A program made the translations under genes and the position numbers. 64,000 nucleotides of DNA from an uncultured Planctomycetia bacterium. Lineage in GTDB: Bacteria > Omnitrophota > Gorgyraeia > VGKH01 > JBHPFN01. Below the pieces are notes generated by a model. It worked only from the letters and a program-made list of their open reading frames with translations. It made no database searches and was not told the origin of the DNA. Within the stretch, counting starts at the first letter, position 1. The number at the start of each line of letters is the position of its first letter. Positions 9,555 through 19,748 of this stretch are shown in pieces. The stretch covers positions 11,364 to 75,363 of the forward strand of contig CAYOSQ010000007.1 of the NCBI GenBank assembly GCA_964406665.1. The letters run 5' to 3'.

Positions 9555-12019
9555 ATAAGCTCCAAAAAATCACTGCTGATTTTCTTTGCAGCTATATTAA
9601 ATTCAAAAAGTTCCTCAAATGTAGCACGACCATTTTCGGCCAAGACTTCCTGCAATTCTTTATTATGCAATAATTCAATAATACTTTCCCCTATTTCTTC
9701 TGGATTACTTGCAGTCAATGCGTTTTTTCTATGTACCATATCTGGCATTCCCAAAGTATTAGCACTATGTGTTACCACAGGGCAGCCTAAGGACCATGCC
9801 GTAACAATACGCGTCCTATTGCCCAAAGGTATAGGATTTGGCACAAACATCAAATCCGCTGATTGCATATCATCCTTTATAGGATTAACCTGCCCCCTTA
9901 AAATTATATCTTTGCGCTGAGCGCATATTTCTTTGAGACAGGGTTCTGTATTAAAAGTGTGTCCAAGAAAATGTACTTCGAACCTGTCTCTCCCTAAATG
10001 TTTATCCAAAAAAGGCAATATAACGCGCACAAAATCATGAATACCCGGGCGATTAGCTGTGCCTCCGGTATTGCCGACATGAATCAATTTGTATTTTCGA
10101 TTAACAGAGTTCTTTTTCTTTCTCTGGTCTCGCCAAGTCCCCCCAGCTAAATCAGCTACCGGACCACGATAATACTTACAGCCTCGACCATCCACACGAC
10201 CAAACCATTCTGCATGATGCTTAGCTATTGCTCCTCGCCTAGCCGTTCTTCTAATCATACACTTCAATCTTCTATTTATCGTAAAATTGTAAACAGCAGT
10301 AATAAGCGCACTTCTTATATTTCTGATTAAACTTTTATTTGGTAAATTAAACCGCCAAGAATACCAGCGTACCAGATGATACGGATCTCCAAAAAAAGCA
10401 AAGATAGGAATATTATCGATATTCTTTAGCGACAATAATCCATCATAACTGCATGCAAAAATTGCTTCTGGGCCCAAGTTTTGAATAAGTTCTTTTACCT
10501 GATCAGACACCAAAAAATAAGGAACCAGTTTATCAAGAATATTTCGAGGCTTGTTATTAGGAAAAATTAAATGAACCTTAGCACCCTGAGATTCTAGGTT
10601 GACAACCAGTTCTTTAATATTTGTTTTAAACTCATCAGAAACAATGCAGCAGATATCAGGTTTTAAGCCTAGACTCAAGAAACCCTTAACAACTTCATAC
10701 GTGGTTATAGAGAAACCCCCAAAGCTCGGATTGGGAATGAAATCTGTCACTACACAAAACGACGTCTTCTTACTTTGATTATTATGCTCAGATGAAGGAA
10801 AAGATTTTTCTTCAAACAAAGAATCGACAATAATTGGGATATTTATTTGTGGGTTAAAGTACTTAATCCATGCTTTTCTACTATTTTCACCAATATTTTT
10901 CATGCATTGAGGATTACCTTTCACTGTTTTTAATCTTACAGATATCTCTTCAGGAGAATCAGAATACATAATATCCCTCTCTGGTACGAGTTCTGGAAGA
11001 CCGCCAGCAACCGAGCTATCTGCAATAACAGGTATTCCATACGATAGTGCTGTTATAATTCTAGTCCTGACCCCAACAGAATATTTCAAAAGCGATAGAA
11101 AAATATCTGCGTTTAAAAACTCTGACTCCAAAGTATCAAGATGCCCAAGAAACTTTAAATCAATATTACTCCATTTTGATTTAACCATGTGCTTCTTCTC
11201 GCATTTTCCTACAAATCGTACTTCAAACTCATAAGGCAGCCGAGATATTACTGGAAAAACTTCTTTATATAAATAATTGAGTGCTTTTCTTCCTGCTGTG
11301 GAATAAAGAGAACCCACGTGTAATGCTATTATTTTATTATCTAAAGAGCCATCTCTATAAGCGGTTTTTGCCTTTACTGGCTCTGGTGTAAAAAATCTAT
11401 AATGACGGCATGGAATCCCATAATTTTGCAACTCCTCGGATTGGTGTAAAGGAAAACTTCCTATTGCGAATCTTTCCCCATTGAAAATACTTAACTCCTT
11501 TTTAAGACGATTATTAACGTTTTTTAAACTCTCTTTACAAATCCACCCCTTCCATGAGCTTGGCTTTAGGAATGAATACGAGCCTCCCAAGGCCATCCTG
11601 TGTTGCAAAGGATCACCTAACATACATACCCGTGGAACCTTTAGTTCAGTTAAAGCTAATGCCCAACCTGCATCCAGCGACAAACAACCGTCTACTTGCT
11701 GCAATTCAAGACAATTTTCCTCTATTGACTGCTTACAGACTTCAAATTGATGAGCTTCTAGAAAATATCGCCATCCAAATATTAATCTTTTTTGCTTGTG
11801 TTCATATACAAAGTGATACTTTAACCCCTTCTCTTCCAAGTTACGCAAGTATTGTAAATCGCTGTGCTTATCTAAGAAATCTTCATTGACTCTAAAAAAA
11901 GCACTAACTTCATAATCATTTCTTACCAAATAGTCACAGGCAAGATAATTAAAAATGCCAGAGCCTCCCTGGGTAGGATCTGGTACTCCTGTTGAAAAGA
12001 ATGCTATCTTTTTTTTCAT
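9551..12019 (-). CDS. Tandem double GT4-like glycosyltransferase (two complete GT-B modules)
   Basis: Two modules, each starting P.P..GG and ending G(V/N)RTRI(I/V)TA(L/W)S.G.PV. Confidence 0.75.
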   Translation of the reverse strand: MKKKIAFFSTGVPDPTQGGSGIFNYLACDYLVRNDYEVSAFFRVNEDFLDKHSDLQYLRNLEEKGLKYHFVYEHKQKRLIFGWRYFLEAHQFEVCKQSIEENCLELQQVDGCLSLDAGWALALTELKVPRVCMLGDPLQHRMALGGSYSFLKPSSWKGWICKESLKNVNNRLKKELSIFNGERFAIGSFPLHQSEELQNYGIPCRHYRFFTPEPVKAKTAYRDGSLDNKIIALHVGSLYSTAGRKALNYLYKEVFPVISRLPYEFEVRFVGKCEKKHMVKSKWSNIDLKFLGHLDTLESEFLNADIFLSLLKYSVGVRTRIITALSYGIPVIADSSVAGGLPELVPERDIMYSDSPEEISVRLKTVKGNPQCMKNIGENSRKAWIKYFNPQINIPIIVDSLFEEKSFPSSEHNNQSKKTSFCVVTDFIPNPSFGGFSITTYEVVKGFLSLGLKPDICCIVSDEFKTNIKELVVNLESQGAKVHLIFPNNKPRNILDKLVPYFLVSDQVKELIQNLGPEAIFACSYDGLLSLKNIDNIPIFAFFGDPYHLVRWYSWRFNLPNKSLIRNIRSALITAVYNFTINRRLKCMIRRTARRGAIAKHHAEWFGRVDGRGCKYYRGPVADLAGGTWRDQRKKKNSVNRKYKLIHVGNTGGTANRPGIHDFVRVILPFLDKHLGRDRFEVHFLGHTFNTEPCLKEICAQRKDIILRGQVNPIKDDMQSADLMFVPNPIPLGNRTRIVTAWSLGCPVVTHSANTLGMPDMVHRKNALTASNPEEIGESIIELLHNKELQEVLAENGRATFEELFEFNIAAKKISSDFLELM

Positions 12020-12021
12020 TT

Positions 12022-12585
12022 TTAATAATGATCCGGTGGATATAGATGTTTAACACATTCAACGTTTAAACTCATATAAACACCATTGTCAAAATCCTTG
12101 TGCGGCCAATATGCTTTAGAGAAATCATCAACATTTGCATGTTCGGTTTTTCTCCAATCATATTCCACCACGCGCTTAAACCCTGCCTCTATTAAAAGAG
12201 TTTTAAGTCCAGAAAATGCAAACTGCCTGTAGTGGATATTCGTATCGGTCTCTGATCCCCCGTATATCCAGTTTAAAAGATTTTCATAGTCACCTGATCT
12301 TTTATAAACCTCAACAGTGCCTTCCCAATCAGGAACAGCCATTCTTAACACCCCTCCTGGTTTTAATACGCGGTTCCATTCAAGGAGAGTTTTAAATGTC
12401 TTTGGTCTTGGCAAATGCTCTAAAACATGGCAGGCATATATCAGATCCACTGAGTCTTTTTCAAAAGAATCCAGCTTAGAGATATCGCACTTTATGATAT
12501 CAGCACCGGGGACATCTCTAATATCAATATTAGTAAATCCTTTTAGAATCTTATCCCCACAACCTAAATGCAGTTTTTTTGCCAT
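12022..12585 (-). CDS. Class I SAM-dependent methyltransferase domain protein
   Basis: KLHLGCG, HVLEH and RVLKPGG.LR..VPD. Confidence 0.85.
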   Translation of the reverse strand: MAKKLHLGCGDKILKGFTNIDIRDVPGADIIKCDISKLDSFEKDSVDLIYACHVLEHLPRPKTFKTLLEWNRVLKPGGVLRMAVPDWEGTVEVYKRSGDYENLLNWIYGGSETDTNIHYRQFAFSGLKTLLIEAGFKRVVEYDWRKTEHANVDDFSKAYWPHKDFDNGVYMSLNVECVKHLYPPDHY

Positions 12586-12597
12586 TGCTTTCTCCTT

Positions 12598-13710
12598 CTA
12601 TAATTTTTTGAAAACATCTCTCCATATTTTTAAACCATTAACAACGTTGTCAAAAAGCTTGTGGTCTTTTTTAAATTCTTTGCATACTTTCTTTATTTCA
12701 TTAGGAAACTGTTCAGAAATTTCAGAAAAAACTGACTTATAGTTATTCGATGTCATCTTGCAAAAGCTAAGCGCTTTTAAAAAAACATCCGTATGTTCTA
12801 AACCAAATCTCTCATCATCAAAATCTTTAAAATAATTATGAGGATTTCTATCTTGATTTACCAAAGGAGATCCATAAGTAACATAGTCACCAAGAAAGTC
12901 AGAAATGTGCCGCACTACAAAACTTGCCCAGATGTCATCATAGCGCCCTAGATAAGGAAGTAAAAAGTATGCTGGAATTATATCGCGCGATAATGCTGTA
13001 TTCTGAGAATTAAAAGGAGACCATGTGCCAATATCGCAGGCAATTTTATGCTGAAAGTTGTTGCTTTTTTTCGCATCATCAATGGGAAAATTCAAATTAG
13101 TAATTGCATCTACATCAGGCGCACCAAACCAAAGACCGGCATTTACTACAACACGTCCTTCTCGAGAAACAATCGACCTATTGGCAAAGGTTGCTTCAGT
13201 ACGTTTCGATAAAGGAAAACCCCTATGGAAAAAAGGCATTTTAAATTTTCCTGATTCTAACATTTCACATACATTCCACCAACCAGAAGAATTAGAAACA
13301 GCTTGCAGTTTTTGTGCTTCCCCGATATGGCCGTGCAAACCCAGATAGTCAGGTTGATTCAAAAAATTATCATCGTCAATTATTGCAACTATATCCGAAC
13401 CAGATTCATAAGCCATCAATATGGCGATGTTACGGCGCTGCACACAATTCCAGGGAATAAATTTAGCTAGACTTGGCCATCTTTTTAAATAATCCTCCTG
13501 CTCTTGAGGAGAAACAAGCTTACACTCAATATCAAATTTTTTCTCAAGCCCTTTACAAAATGAATAAGCCTCATCAGGTGTTTTTTTATCAGCAGCGATA
13601 ATTACATTTTGAAGATTTCTCTTAAATTTAATTGCATCTTTTATGTACGACTCAAAAAGTAGCGGAACATTTATGGTTGTCGTAACAAGGCTAAACGTTT
13701 TACCTTTCAC
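12598..13710 (-). CDS. RGP/STELLO-like (GT75/DUF288) protein; candidate NDP-sugar pyranose mutase
   Basis: IDDDN, HRGFP, GLW..APDVDAIT, PFNSQNTA and GRYDDIWAS. Confidence 0.65.
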   Translation of the reverse strand: MKGKTFSLVTTTINVPLLFESYIKDAIKFKRNLQNVIIAADKKTPDEAYSFCKGLEKKFDIECKLVSPQEQEDYLKRWPSLAKFIPWNCVQRRNIAILMAYESGSDIVAIIDDDNFLNQPDYLGLHGHIGEAQKLQAVSNSSGWWNVCEMLESGKFKMPFFHRGFPLSKRTEATFANRSIVSREGRVVVNAGLWFGAPDVDAITNLNFPIDDAKKSNNFQHKIACDIGTWSPFNSQNTALSRDIIPAYFLLPYLGRYDDIWASFVVRHISDFLGDYVTYGSPLVNQDRNPHNYFKDFDDERFGLEHTDVFLKALSFCKMTSNNYKSVFSEISEQFPNEIKKVCKEFKKDHKLFDNVVNGLKIWRDVFKKL

Positions 13711-13722
13711 TAAGCATTCCTT

Positions 13723-14487
13723 TCATTTTCTTACAAAATGAACTAATGACGCTATTTGCGCCACCTTATGCACACAGTCAGTATCTTCTAATTCTCTCAT
13801 AAGTCTTCTAATATCATCATGACCAGTAGAATCAACGCGCGCATCAGCAGCATCATGAAACAAAACATGTCCTCCGGGCTTTACTGAAGAAATCCAGTGC
13901 TCGTAATCTTTCTTCACTCCTTCATATGAATGGTCTCCGTCAATAAACAATAAATCGCAACTAATCTTGCTATTATCGTAAGATGTGCTGTCAGCTACAA
14001 TAATCTCTACTTTTTCTCTCATGCCAATTTTCTTTAGAATTTCCTCAAATTCTTCATCATAACTTTTCTCCACCTCTTTTAACATCATCTTCACATGAAG
14101 ATCTAAAGAAATAAGCCTCCCTCTCTGCATTGCTGAGGCGATTAGGAATGACGAACCACCTTTAAAACGACCTATCTCAACACAGGTAGGTGCAGATAAT
14201 GATCTTACCAACTTAAATAGATAACTGGCTTCATCTAAATCCATTCTCAATATTCCCCGATTAAGAGGTGAGGACCAAAACAAAAAACATAGATCTTCAA
14301 ATCCTTTTATTTTCTCAGGAACTTTAATATTCGAAAATCTCACTGCAAGATTATGTTCTCTGCCGAGTGCTTCCATGCATTCATATTTAAATTGGGGAGC
14401 TATCCACGCAAAGACCTTTCTCCCAACTGGATTCAAAAATAATTTCTTTATTGTGTTTTTTATGAATTGCTTCATCTTTTTAGTCAA
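13723..14487 (-). CDS. Class I SAM-dependent methyltransferase (Methyltransf_24-like)
   Basis: VEIGRFKGGS, DLLFIDGDHSYEGV..D and GG.VLFHD. Confidence 0.87.
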   Translation of the reverse strand: MTKKMKQFIKNTIKKLFLNPVGRKVFAWIAPQFKYECMEALGREHNLAVRFSNIKVPEKIKGFEDLCFLFWSSPLNRGILRMDLDEASYLFKLVRSLSAPTCVEIGRFKGGSSFLIASAMQRGRLISLDLHVKMMLKEVEKSYDEEFEEILKKIGMREKVEIIVADSTSYDNSKISCDLLFIDGDHSYEGVKKDYEHWISSVKPGGHVLFHDAADARVDSTGHDDIRRLMRELEDTDCVHKVAQIASLVHFVRK

Positions 14488-15185
14488 ATCTTCAAAAAAT
14501 ACTCAGCCATTCTTATGTCTTCTTCCGAATCAATATCAACACTTTCACTTTTCTCCATCAGATATGGAACAATTGAATCACCGTACATGCTTTTTTTGTT
14601 TAAGATGCAATCATACGTAAAAACTAAAACAGCAGGCCCATTTCTAGCAAAGAGTTTCGGTTTATTTTGGCGTAGATTTTCTTTCTCATCAATATCTTTA
14701 ACTGTATAAAGCTTATCATCTTCAACTCTCATCAAGCTATCAGGAACATAGTTATGAGGCACCTCGACAACACTTACAACAGAATCAGCGCCTGAATTTA
14801 TTAACTTCTCTAGCGCCTCACTAATATGCTCAGCTTTTCTAAGTGGAGATGTAGGCTGAAGCAATGCAACATAATCAGGCTGATAATTCTCATTTTCTTT
14901 TAAAAAATTAATAGCGTGTTGCACAACATCAATCATGGGAGCATTATCATCTGAATATTCCCCCGGGCGCTTAAACGGTACATCGATTCCCCGATTCTGG
15001 CAATAGTTAATGATCTTATCGTCATCACTTGAAAGAATGATCTTTGAAAGTATTTTGCTGGACTTTGCAGCATCTATAGTGAATTGAATTAGTGGTTTCC
15101 CGCATAATTCAATCATATTTTTTCCAGGAATACCCTTAGACCCTCCGCGCGCTGGGATAATTGCTAAAATTTCTTTATTTTTCAT
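14484..15185 (-). CDS. neuA: CMP-nonulosonic acid synthetase (acylneuraminate cytidylyltransferase)
   Basis: IIPARGGSKGIPGKN, LQPTSPLR and SVDIDS..D. Confidence 0.95.
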   Translation of the reverse strand: MKNKEILAIIPARGGSKGIPGKNMIELCGKPLIQFTIDAAKSSKILSKIILSSDDDKIINYCQNRGIDVPFKRPGEYSDDNAPMIDVVQHAINFLKENENYQPDYVALLQPTSPLRKAEHISEALEKLINSGADSVVSVVEVPHNYVPDSLMRVEDDKLYTVKDIDEKENLRQNKPKLFARNGPAVLVFTYDCILNKKSMYGDSIVPYLMEKSESVDIDSEEDIRMAEYFLKI

Positions 15186-16369
15186 CAGTATCTTATCCTT
15201 TTCTGTACAGGAACTTTTGATAAATTCAACTTCTTTAATATTGCAACAATTCTTTTACCTGCACTTCCATCTCCATAGATAAAATCAGGTTTATATTTGC
15301 CATGATTAATCTGTTTTTTTATAGCATCAACAATTTGTTTCTTGTTGTATTTAACATTCTTGACGTTTTTTCCTCTTGATCGACCTTGCTGCCTACTTCC
15401 AATATTAACAGCTGGAACACCAATAATAGCTCCTTCCCTAATAGCGCTGCTAGAATTACCTATAAGACAACTACATTTATCCATCAAATGAATATATACT
15501 TCTGTAGGCAAATTTGTAAACACATGAAGCCAACTGTCAGGCTTGAATTTTTCTCTAAATGATCTAATCTCCTTTGAAGTCTCATCAGAACCTGCATCAG
15601 CGTTTGGCCACAACATGATCGTAGGCATGTTTAAATCTTTCAATGCCATCAAAGTCTCATGCATGTTCTTTCTATTGTCGCCATATTCTGTAGTTACTGG
15701 ATGCTGTGAAACCAAAAGAAACTTCTCCTCTAGAAACCTGAAGTTACCGCCGACACCTTTATGCTTCTTCCAAAATTCTTTTTCTGAAAAGCTTCTTTTT
15801 TTGCTTAAAATATCCTTAACTAAATCAACTCGGGGACACCCAACAGGAAAAACATATTTTTTATCTTCACCCATCTTAATAATTCTTTCTGCAGCTTTTT
15901 TGTTTGCAGGAAAATGTATGTGTGAAAATTTTGTCACAGCATGACGAATACTTTCATCAATTGTTCCAGAAACCTCTCCACCCATTGTGTGAACAATGTG
16001 GATATTCATATATGACGCTGCGACTGCAGTAGCAATAGTTTCAAACCTATCTCCAACAGTAATAACCAAATCGGGTTTATGATTCATGAAAAGTCCCGAC
16101 AACTCAATAATACCTAAACCAGCAGACATGGCCATGGTTTGAGGATTCTCTCCTTCAACAAGAATGTAAAATTTCTCGGTTATCTTGAAGCCGTCTTTTT
16201 CGATTAGATTAACCATCCTGCCATATCTTTCAAGCAAAGCAGAGGCGCCAACGAATATTAACAGCTCAAGATTAGGGCTTTTACGAATTTCTTCCATCAC
16301 AGATTTAATACTTGAATAGTTTGCTCTACTACCGATAACAACAGCTATTTTTTTTCGTTTCTTTCTCAT
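15185..16369 (-). CDS. neuC: UDP-N-acetylglucosamine 2-epimerase (hydrolysing)
   Basis: GSRANY, GDRFE, HTMGGEVSGTIDESIRHAVTK, GNSSS and NIGSRQ.GR. Confidence 0.93.
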   Translation of the reverse strand: MRKKRKKIAVVIGSRANYSSIKSVMEEIRKSPNLELLIFVGASALLERYGRMVNLIEKDGFKITEKFYILVEGENPQTMAMSAGLGIIELSGLFMNHKPDLVITVGDRFETIATAVAASYMNIHIVHTMGGEVSGTIDESIRHAVTKFSHIHFPANKKAAERIIKMGEDKKYVFPVGCPRVDLVKDILSKKRSFSEKEFWKKHKGVGGNFRFLEEKFLLVSQHPVTTEYGDNRKNMHETLMALKDLNMPTIMLWPNADAGSDETSKEIRSFREKFKPDSWLHVFTNLPTEVYIHLMDKCSCLIGNSSSAIREGAIIGVPAVNIGSRQQGRSRGKNVKNVKYNKKQIVDAIKKQINHGKYKPDFIYGDGSAGKRIVAILKKLNLSKVPVQKRIRY

Positions 16370-16381
16370 TTATTATCAAGC

Positions 16382-17392
16382 TCACTTTCTTTCGATAATA
16401 TTCTCTTGTCGGTATGTTTCGATAATTTCAAATCTGGGCTCCTTAATATTTTCCACCTTCTTAAAAACACACCATACGTTCCAATCAGGATCAATAGATT
16501 GCGTCACGCACGATTCTATTCGCTGAAAAAAACCAACGAATTTTCTGAATTGATTAAAACCTCTTTCGCCTAAAAGTACCTGCAGACGATTTTTTATTGA
16601 AGACTTTCTTTGCTGAATAACTTCTTGATTAATCTGACTCGCATCACTTTTTTTTCGCTTTTTTTTAGAGAGAACTAAATTGACAATGTTTTGTTTTCCT
16701 AAAGTAATGCGGAGCAAAGCAGTGACAATGAACTTACGAAAATGATAGAACAAAAAGAATCGAAAAGGAATGATAGCGCCGATCCAGGTTACCTTATATT
16801 TTGTAGGTACGTAAGGAATAGCATGGCCCCTTTTATTCTGCATAATCGCTTTCTCTAAGACAAAACCATTAGCCCTGTAGAAATCGATTAAGAAATTGGG
16901 CGATGGATTTAAATAAAACCTGTTCGTCATATCTCCCAACACTGAAACAACCATAATTTTTCCGCCAATTTTAACCATGCTGGCAGTGTTGAAAAATGCC
17001 TGGATTGCATTCATGGCATAATGCGCTGATACATTAAGCATGAAATCATATTTATTCTCTAGTTCACTAGGAATAGGATAATTTAAATTGAATAAAACGT
17101 CTGCTCGTTTATTTATATCAAGCTCTTCATAAATCTTATACCCATAATGTTGAAACAATTTTGCGCAAAGTCGCTTGCTTGATCTATTTCTCTCTTCTCC
17201 AATTGCAGAATAGTGATTTTTTAGATCATCATCTTTAATGGTATTAATACCGTATTTTTTCAAACAGTTTTTCGTAACATGAAAATCCATAGTTCCAATA
17301 GTCAAAAACTTAAGATCTCTACCTGCAATCTCAGGCCTTATACTGCCTTCTAGTACATTAAAAGCATTAACTAAAGAATTTGCAACACCCAT
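16382..17392 (-). CDS. Hypothetical protein with a divergent methyltransferase-like fold
   Basis: LTIG, LDIN...D..FNLN.PIP..L..KYD and MVKIGGKI, a pattern seen in MT-like proteins of glycan loci. Confidence 0.45.
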   Translation of the reverse strand: MGVANSLVNAFNVLEGSIRPEIAGRDLKFLTIGTMDFHVTKNCLKKYGINTIKDDDLKNHYSAIGEERNRSSKRLCAKLFQHYGYKIYEELDINKRADVLFNLNYPIPSELENKYDFMLNVSAHYAMNAIQAFFNTASMVKIGGKIMVVSVLGDMTNRFYLNPSPNFLIDFYRANGFVLEKAIMQNKRGHAIPYVPTKYKVTWIGAIIPFRFFLFYHFRKFIVTALLRITLGKQNIVNLVLSKKKRKKSDASQINQEVIQQRKSSIKNRLQVLLGERGFNQFRKFVGFFQRIESCVTQSIDPDWNVWCVFKKVENIKEPRFEIIETYRQENIIERK

Positions 17393-17394
17393 AA

Positions 17395-18429
17395 TTACAC
17401 CTTTTTAACCAACATACTGTCTTTAATCTTTGTATTAGCCGAAATATCTATTTTTGTCTCTCTTCCGATAATTTCCCTATATCTATCAGCTCGTATACCA
17501 TCACCGGGCTTTTTGAAAGCCAACTTATCAAAAGTAATTTCCTCGCCTTTTGGAATATCCTGCTTAGCAACAATGCTTTTCTCAAAAACGACCTTAATTC
17601 CTTTTAACTCTTCAACAAGCTGATCTTTATTCACATTTAAGAAATTTTTATCATCAACAACTCCTAAAGCACCATCTTTGACTTCTTCTACAAATTTACT
17701 GAATTCATCAGGAAGCAATGAATGCTTTGCATCAGAACCCTGCAAATTCTGTGATAAAGTAAGGTGCCGCTCAATAACTTCAGCCCCTGAAGTAATTGCT
17801 GCAAATGAGGCATCGTTTTTGAGCGTGTGATCAGAAAACCCAACTCGACAACCATATCGCTGCTTCATTTCAGGCATTATGTTTATCCCAACCTTATTTT
17901 CTGGGCACGGATACAGCGAGGTACACTGCATTACTGTTAAATCTACACATCCGCTGCTTCGTAATGTTTCTACAGCATTATCTATCTCTTTCCATGAGCT
18001 CATTCCGGATGAAAGTAAAACAGGCTTCCCTAATGGGCCGATTTTCTCCAACAATGGTAAATTTGTAACTTCTCCTGATGGTATTTTATATCTCTCAACC
18101 CCAACATCTTCTAATAAATCAACGGCTTCAAGAGAAAAAACTGACGACATAAATTCAATATTGCGCTTCTGTGAATACTCCCTTAGCTCTTTCCATTCTT
18201 CTGCTGTAAAAGCTGTCCGCTCAAGATAATTTTTACGGCTTTCCTGTGCATAAAAACTTGGCGTAGGAGCATCGGGTAAACTTTCAGCATCAAAAATATG
18301 TGTTTGAAACTTAACCGCATCTGCTCCACACTCAGCAGCAGTTTTTACAAAATCTTTGGCTGACTCTACTGAACCATTATGTAGATTACCAACCTCAGCA
18401 ATTATAAAGATACTATTTTTCTCAGCCAT
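17395..18429 (-). CDS. neuB: Nonulosonic acid (N-acetylneuraminate-type) synthase with C-terminal SAF domain
   Basis: IIAEVG..HNGS, ADAVKFQ, KIPSGEVTN, CTSLYP, GFSDHT, IERH.TL and KKPGDGI. Confidence 0.95.
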   Translation of the reverse strand: MAEKNSIFIIAEVGNLHNGSVESAKDFVKTAAECGADAVKFQTHIFDAESLPDAPTPSFYAQESRKNYLERTAFTAEEWKELREYSQKRNIEFMSSVFSLEAVDLLEDVGVERYKIPSGEVTNLPLLEKIGPLGKPVLLSSGMSSWKEIDNAVETLRSSGCVDLTVMQCTSLYPCPENKVGINIMPEMKQRYGCRVGFSDHTLKNDASFAAITSGAEVIERHLTLSQNLQGSDAKHSLLPDEFSKFVEEVKDGALGVVDDKNFLNVNKDQLVEELKGIKVVFEKSIVAKQDIPKGEEITFDKLAFKKPGDGIRADRYREIIGRETKIDISANTKIKDSMLVKKV

Positions 18430-19741
18430 TTTTCACACAAAAATTACGTTTTTTAGACTTCTGTGAATATTGTTCCATATAAACGGGAGATAACTTAGCT
18501 CCTGATTGCTTAATCCATGCATAGTTAGACAAGTTAGACACCGGGAGATTATCTTTTTCAATGGAATATGGATGCTCTAAATCTACAATAAACTGTCTTA
18601 CCGCGCTATCGATTTCTTGTGCACTATTACTTTCTAAAGTCGCATTCTCAAATACATATTTGTAAAGATGTTCAGAAAGAAGCTTTTCAACCTCAATCAG
18701 TTCTCCCTGAGAATCTCTCAATGTTTTATAGTATATCCACGAATATGGCTGTCCATACCCAAAAGGAAACGCATTCAAGATTAAGCGTGGAATTCTATTA
18801 ACTCCGGAAAGCCAAACTCCGCCTCCACTATCACCAACAAAAATATCAGCTTCAGTAGCAGCAAAAAGATAGAAGAAATCCCTGTCAACATGAATAACCT
18901 TATAATCAATGAGTTTACCACCAAATTTATTTATGAATTTATCATCAACCTCTACATCTCCAGTAAGCAGAACCTGATATCCTTGACTATTGAGAAATTC
19001 AATCGCGGGAACATAATCCATAAGATCAGAACCAGCTCGTGATGAAGAAGTAATATCATGGGCATCTTTATTTTTTTGCCTTAAATACAAACAGCATAAT
19101 TTGTGATTTTCAATTCCATTTTTTGCTAAAAAATCCTTTATCTTTTTGCGTATTTTTTTACAATTATTTTCTGGTAAAAAGACTCTACCAGAAGAATCGT
19201 TTTTCATTAGATTAAAATATCCTATAACCCATCGGCAGGTTATTTCATAACCTGCCCCATTCAACGACTCAGGTAAAACAGAGTTATCTTTATGCAAAAT
19301 TATTTTATACATATCTAACATATAATTAATCTTTGCCTTTTTATTCAAAAATCGAGTATATTTCAAGAATAACCTATGTATATTTGACTTATACCAATCT
19401 GACACTGGAAACGCCCTAGCAATTCCCCTTAGTCGAATACCAAAATTCAACGGGAAAAAGACAATGCGCACATCTTTCCACATCAGAGAAATTTTTCTAT
19501 TGTGCCGTCCGCACTCTGAAAAAATTACAAAAATATTATTCTTTTTTGGATATAGCCTTCTTAATATATCTGGCGCGGTAACAGTATGCCCAAAACCACC
19601 TTCCGGCATAATAGTAATAGAATCTGCTTTAACTATCTTCGGAATAACTATAAAACCTTTAACAATAGAATACAAAAAGCAAAAAATTGTATTTACTATT
19701 TTAAGAAAAAATATGATTATAGACTTAATAAATCTTTTCAT
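18422..19741 (-). CDS. Putative glycosyltransferase (TIGR04372-like)
   Basis: GFGH near the N-terminus, CLYLRQ...SSSR, FVGDSGG and ENATLESNSAQEI C-terminal pattern. Confidence 0.55.
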   Translation of the reverse strand: MKRFIKSIIIFFLKIVNTIFCFLYSIVKGFIVIPKIVKADSITIMPEGGFGHTVTAPDILRRLYPKKNNIFVIFSECGRHNRKISLMWKDVRIVFFPLNFGIRLRGIARAFPVSDWYKSNIHRLFLKYTRFLNKKAKINYMLDMYKIILHKDNSVLPESLNGAGYEITCRWVIGYFNLMKNDSSGRVFLPENNCKKIRKKIKDFLAKNGIENHKLCCLYLRQKNKDAHDITSSSRAGSDLMDYVPAIEFLNSQGYQVLLTGDVEVDDKFINKFGGKLIDYKVIHVDRDFFYLFAATEADIFVGDSGGGVWLSGVNRIPRLILNAFPFGYGQPYSWIYYKTLRDSQGELIEVEKLLSEHLYKYVFENATLESNSAQEIDSAVRQFIVDLEHPYSIEKDNLPVSNLSNYAWIKQSGAKLSPVYMEQYSQKSKKRNFCVKNG

Positions 19742-19748
19742 ATCCTTA

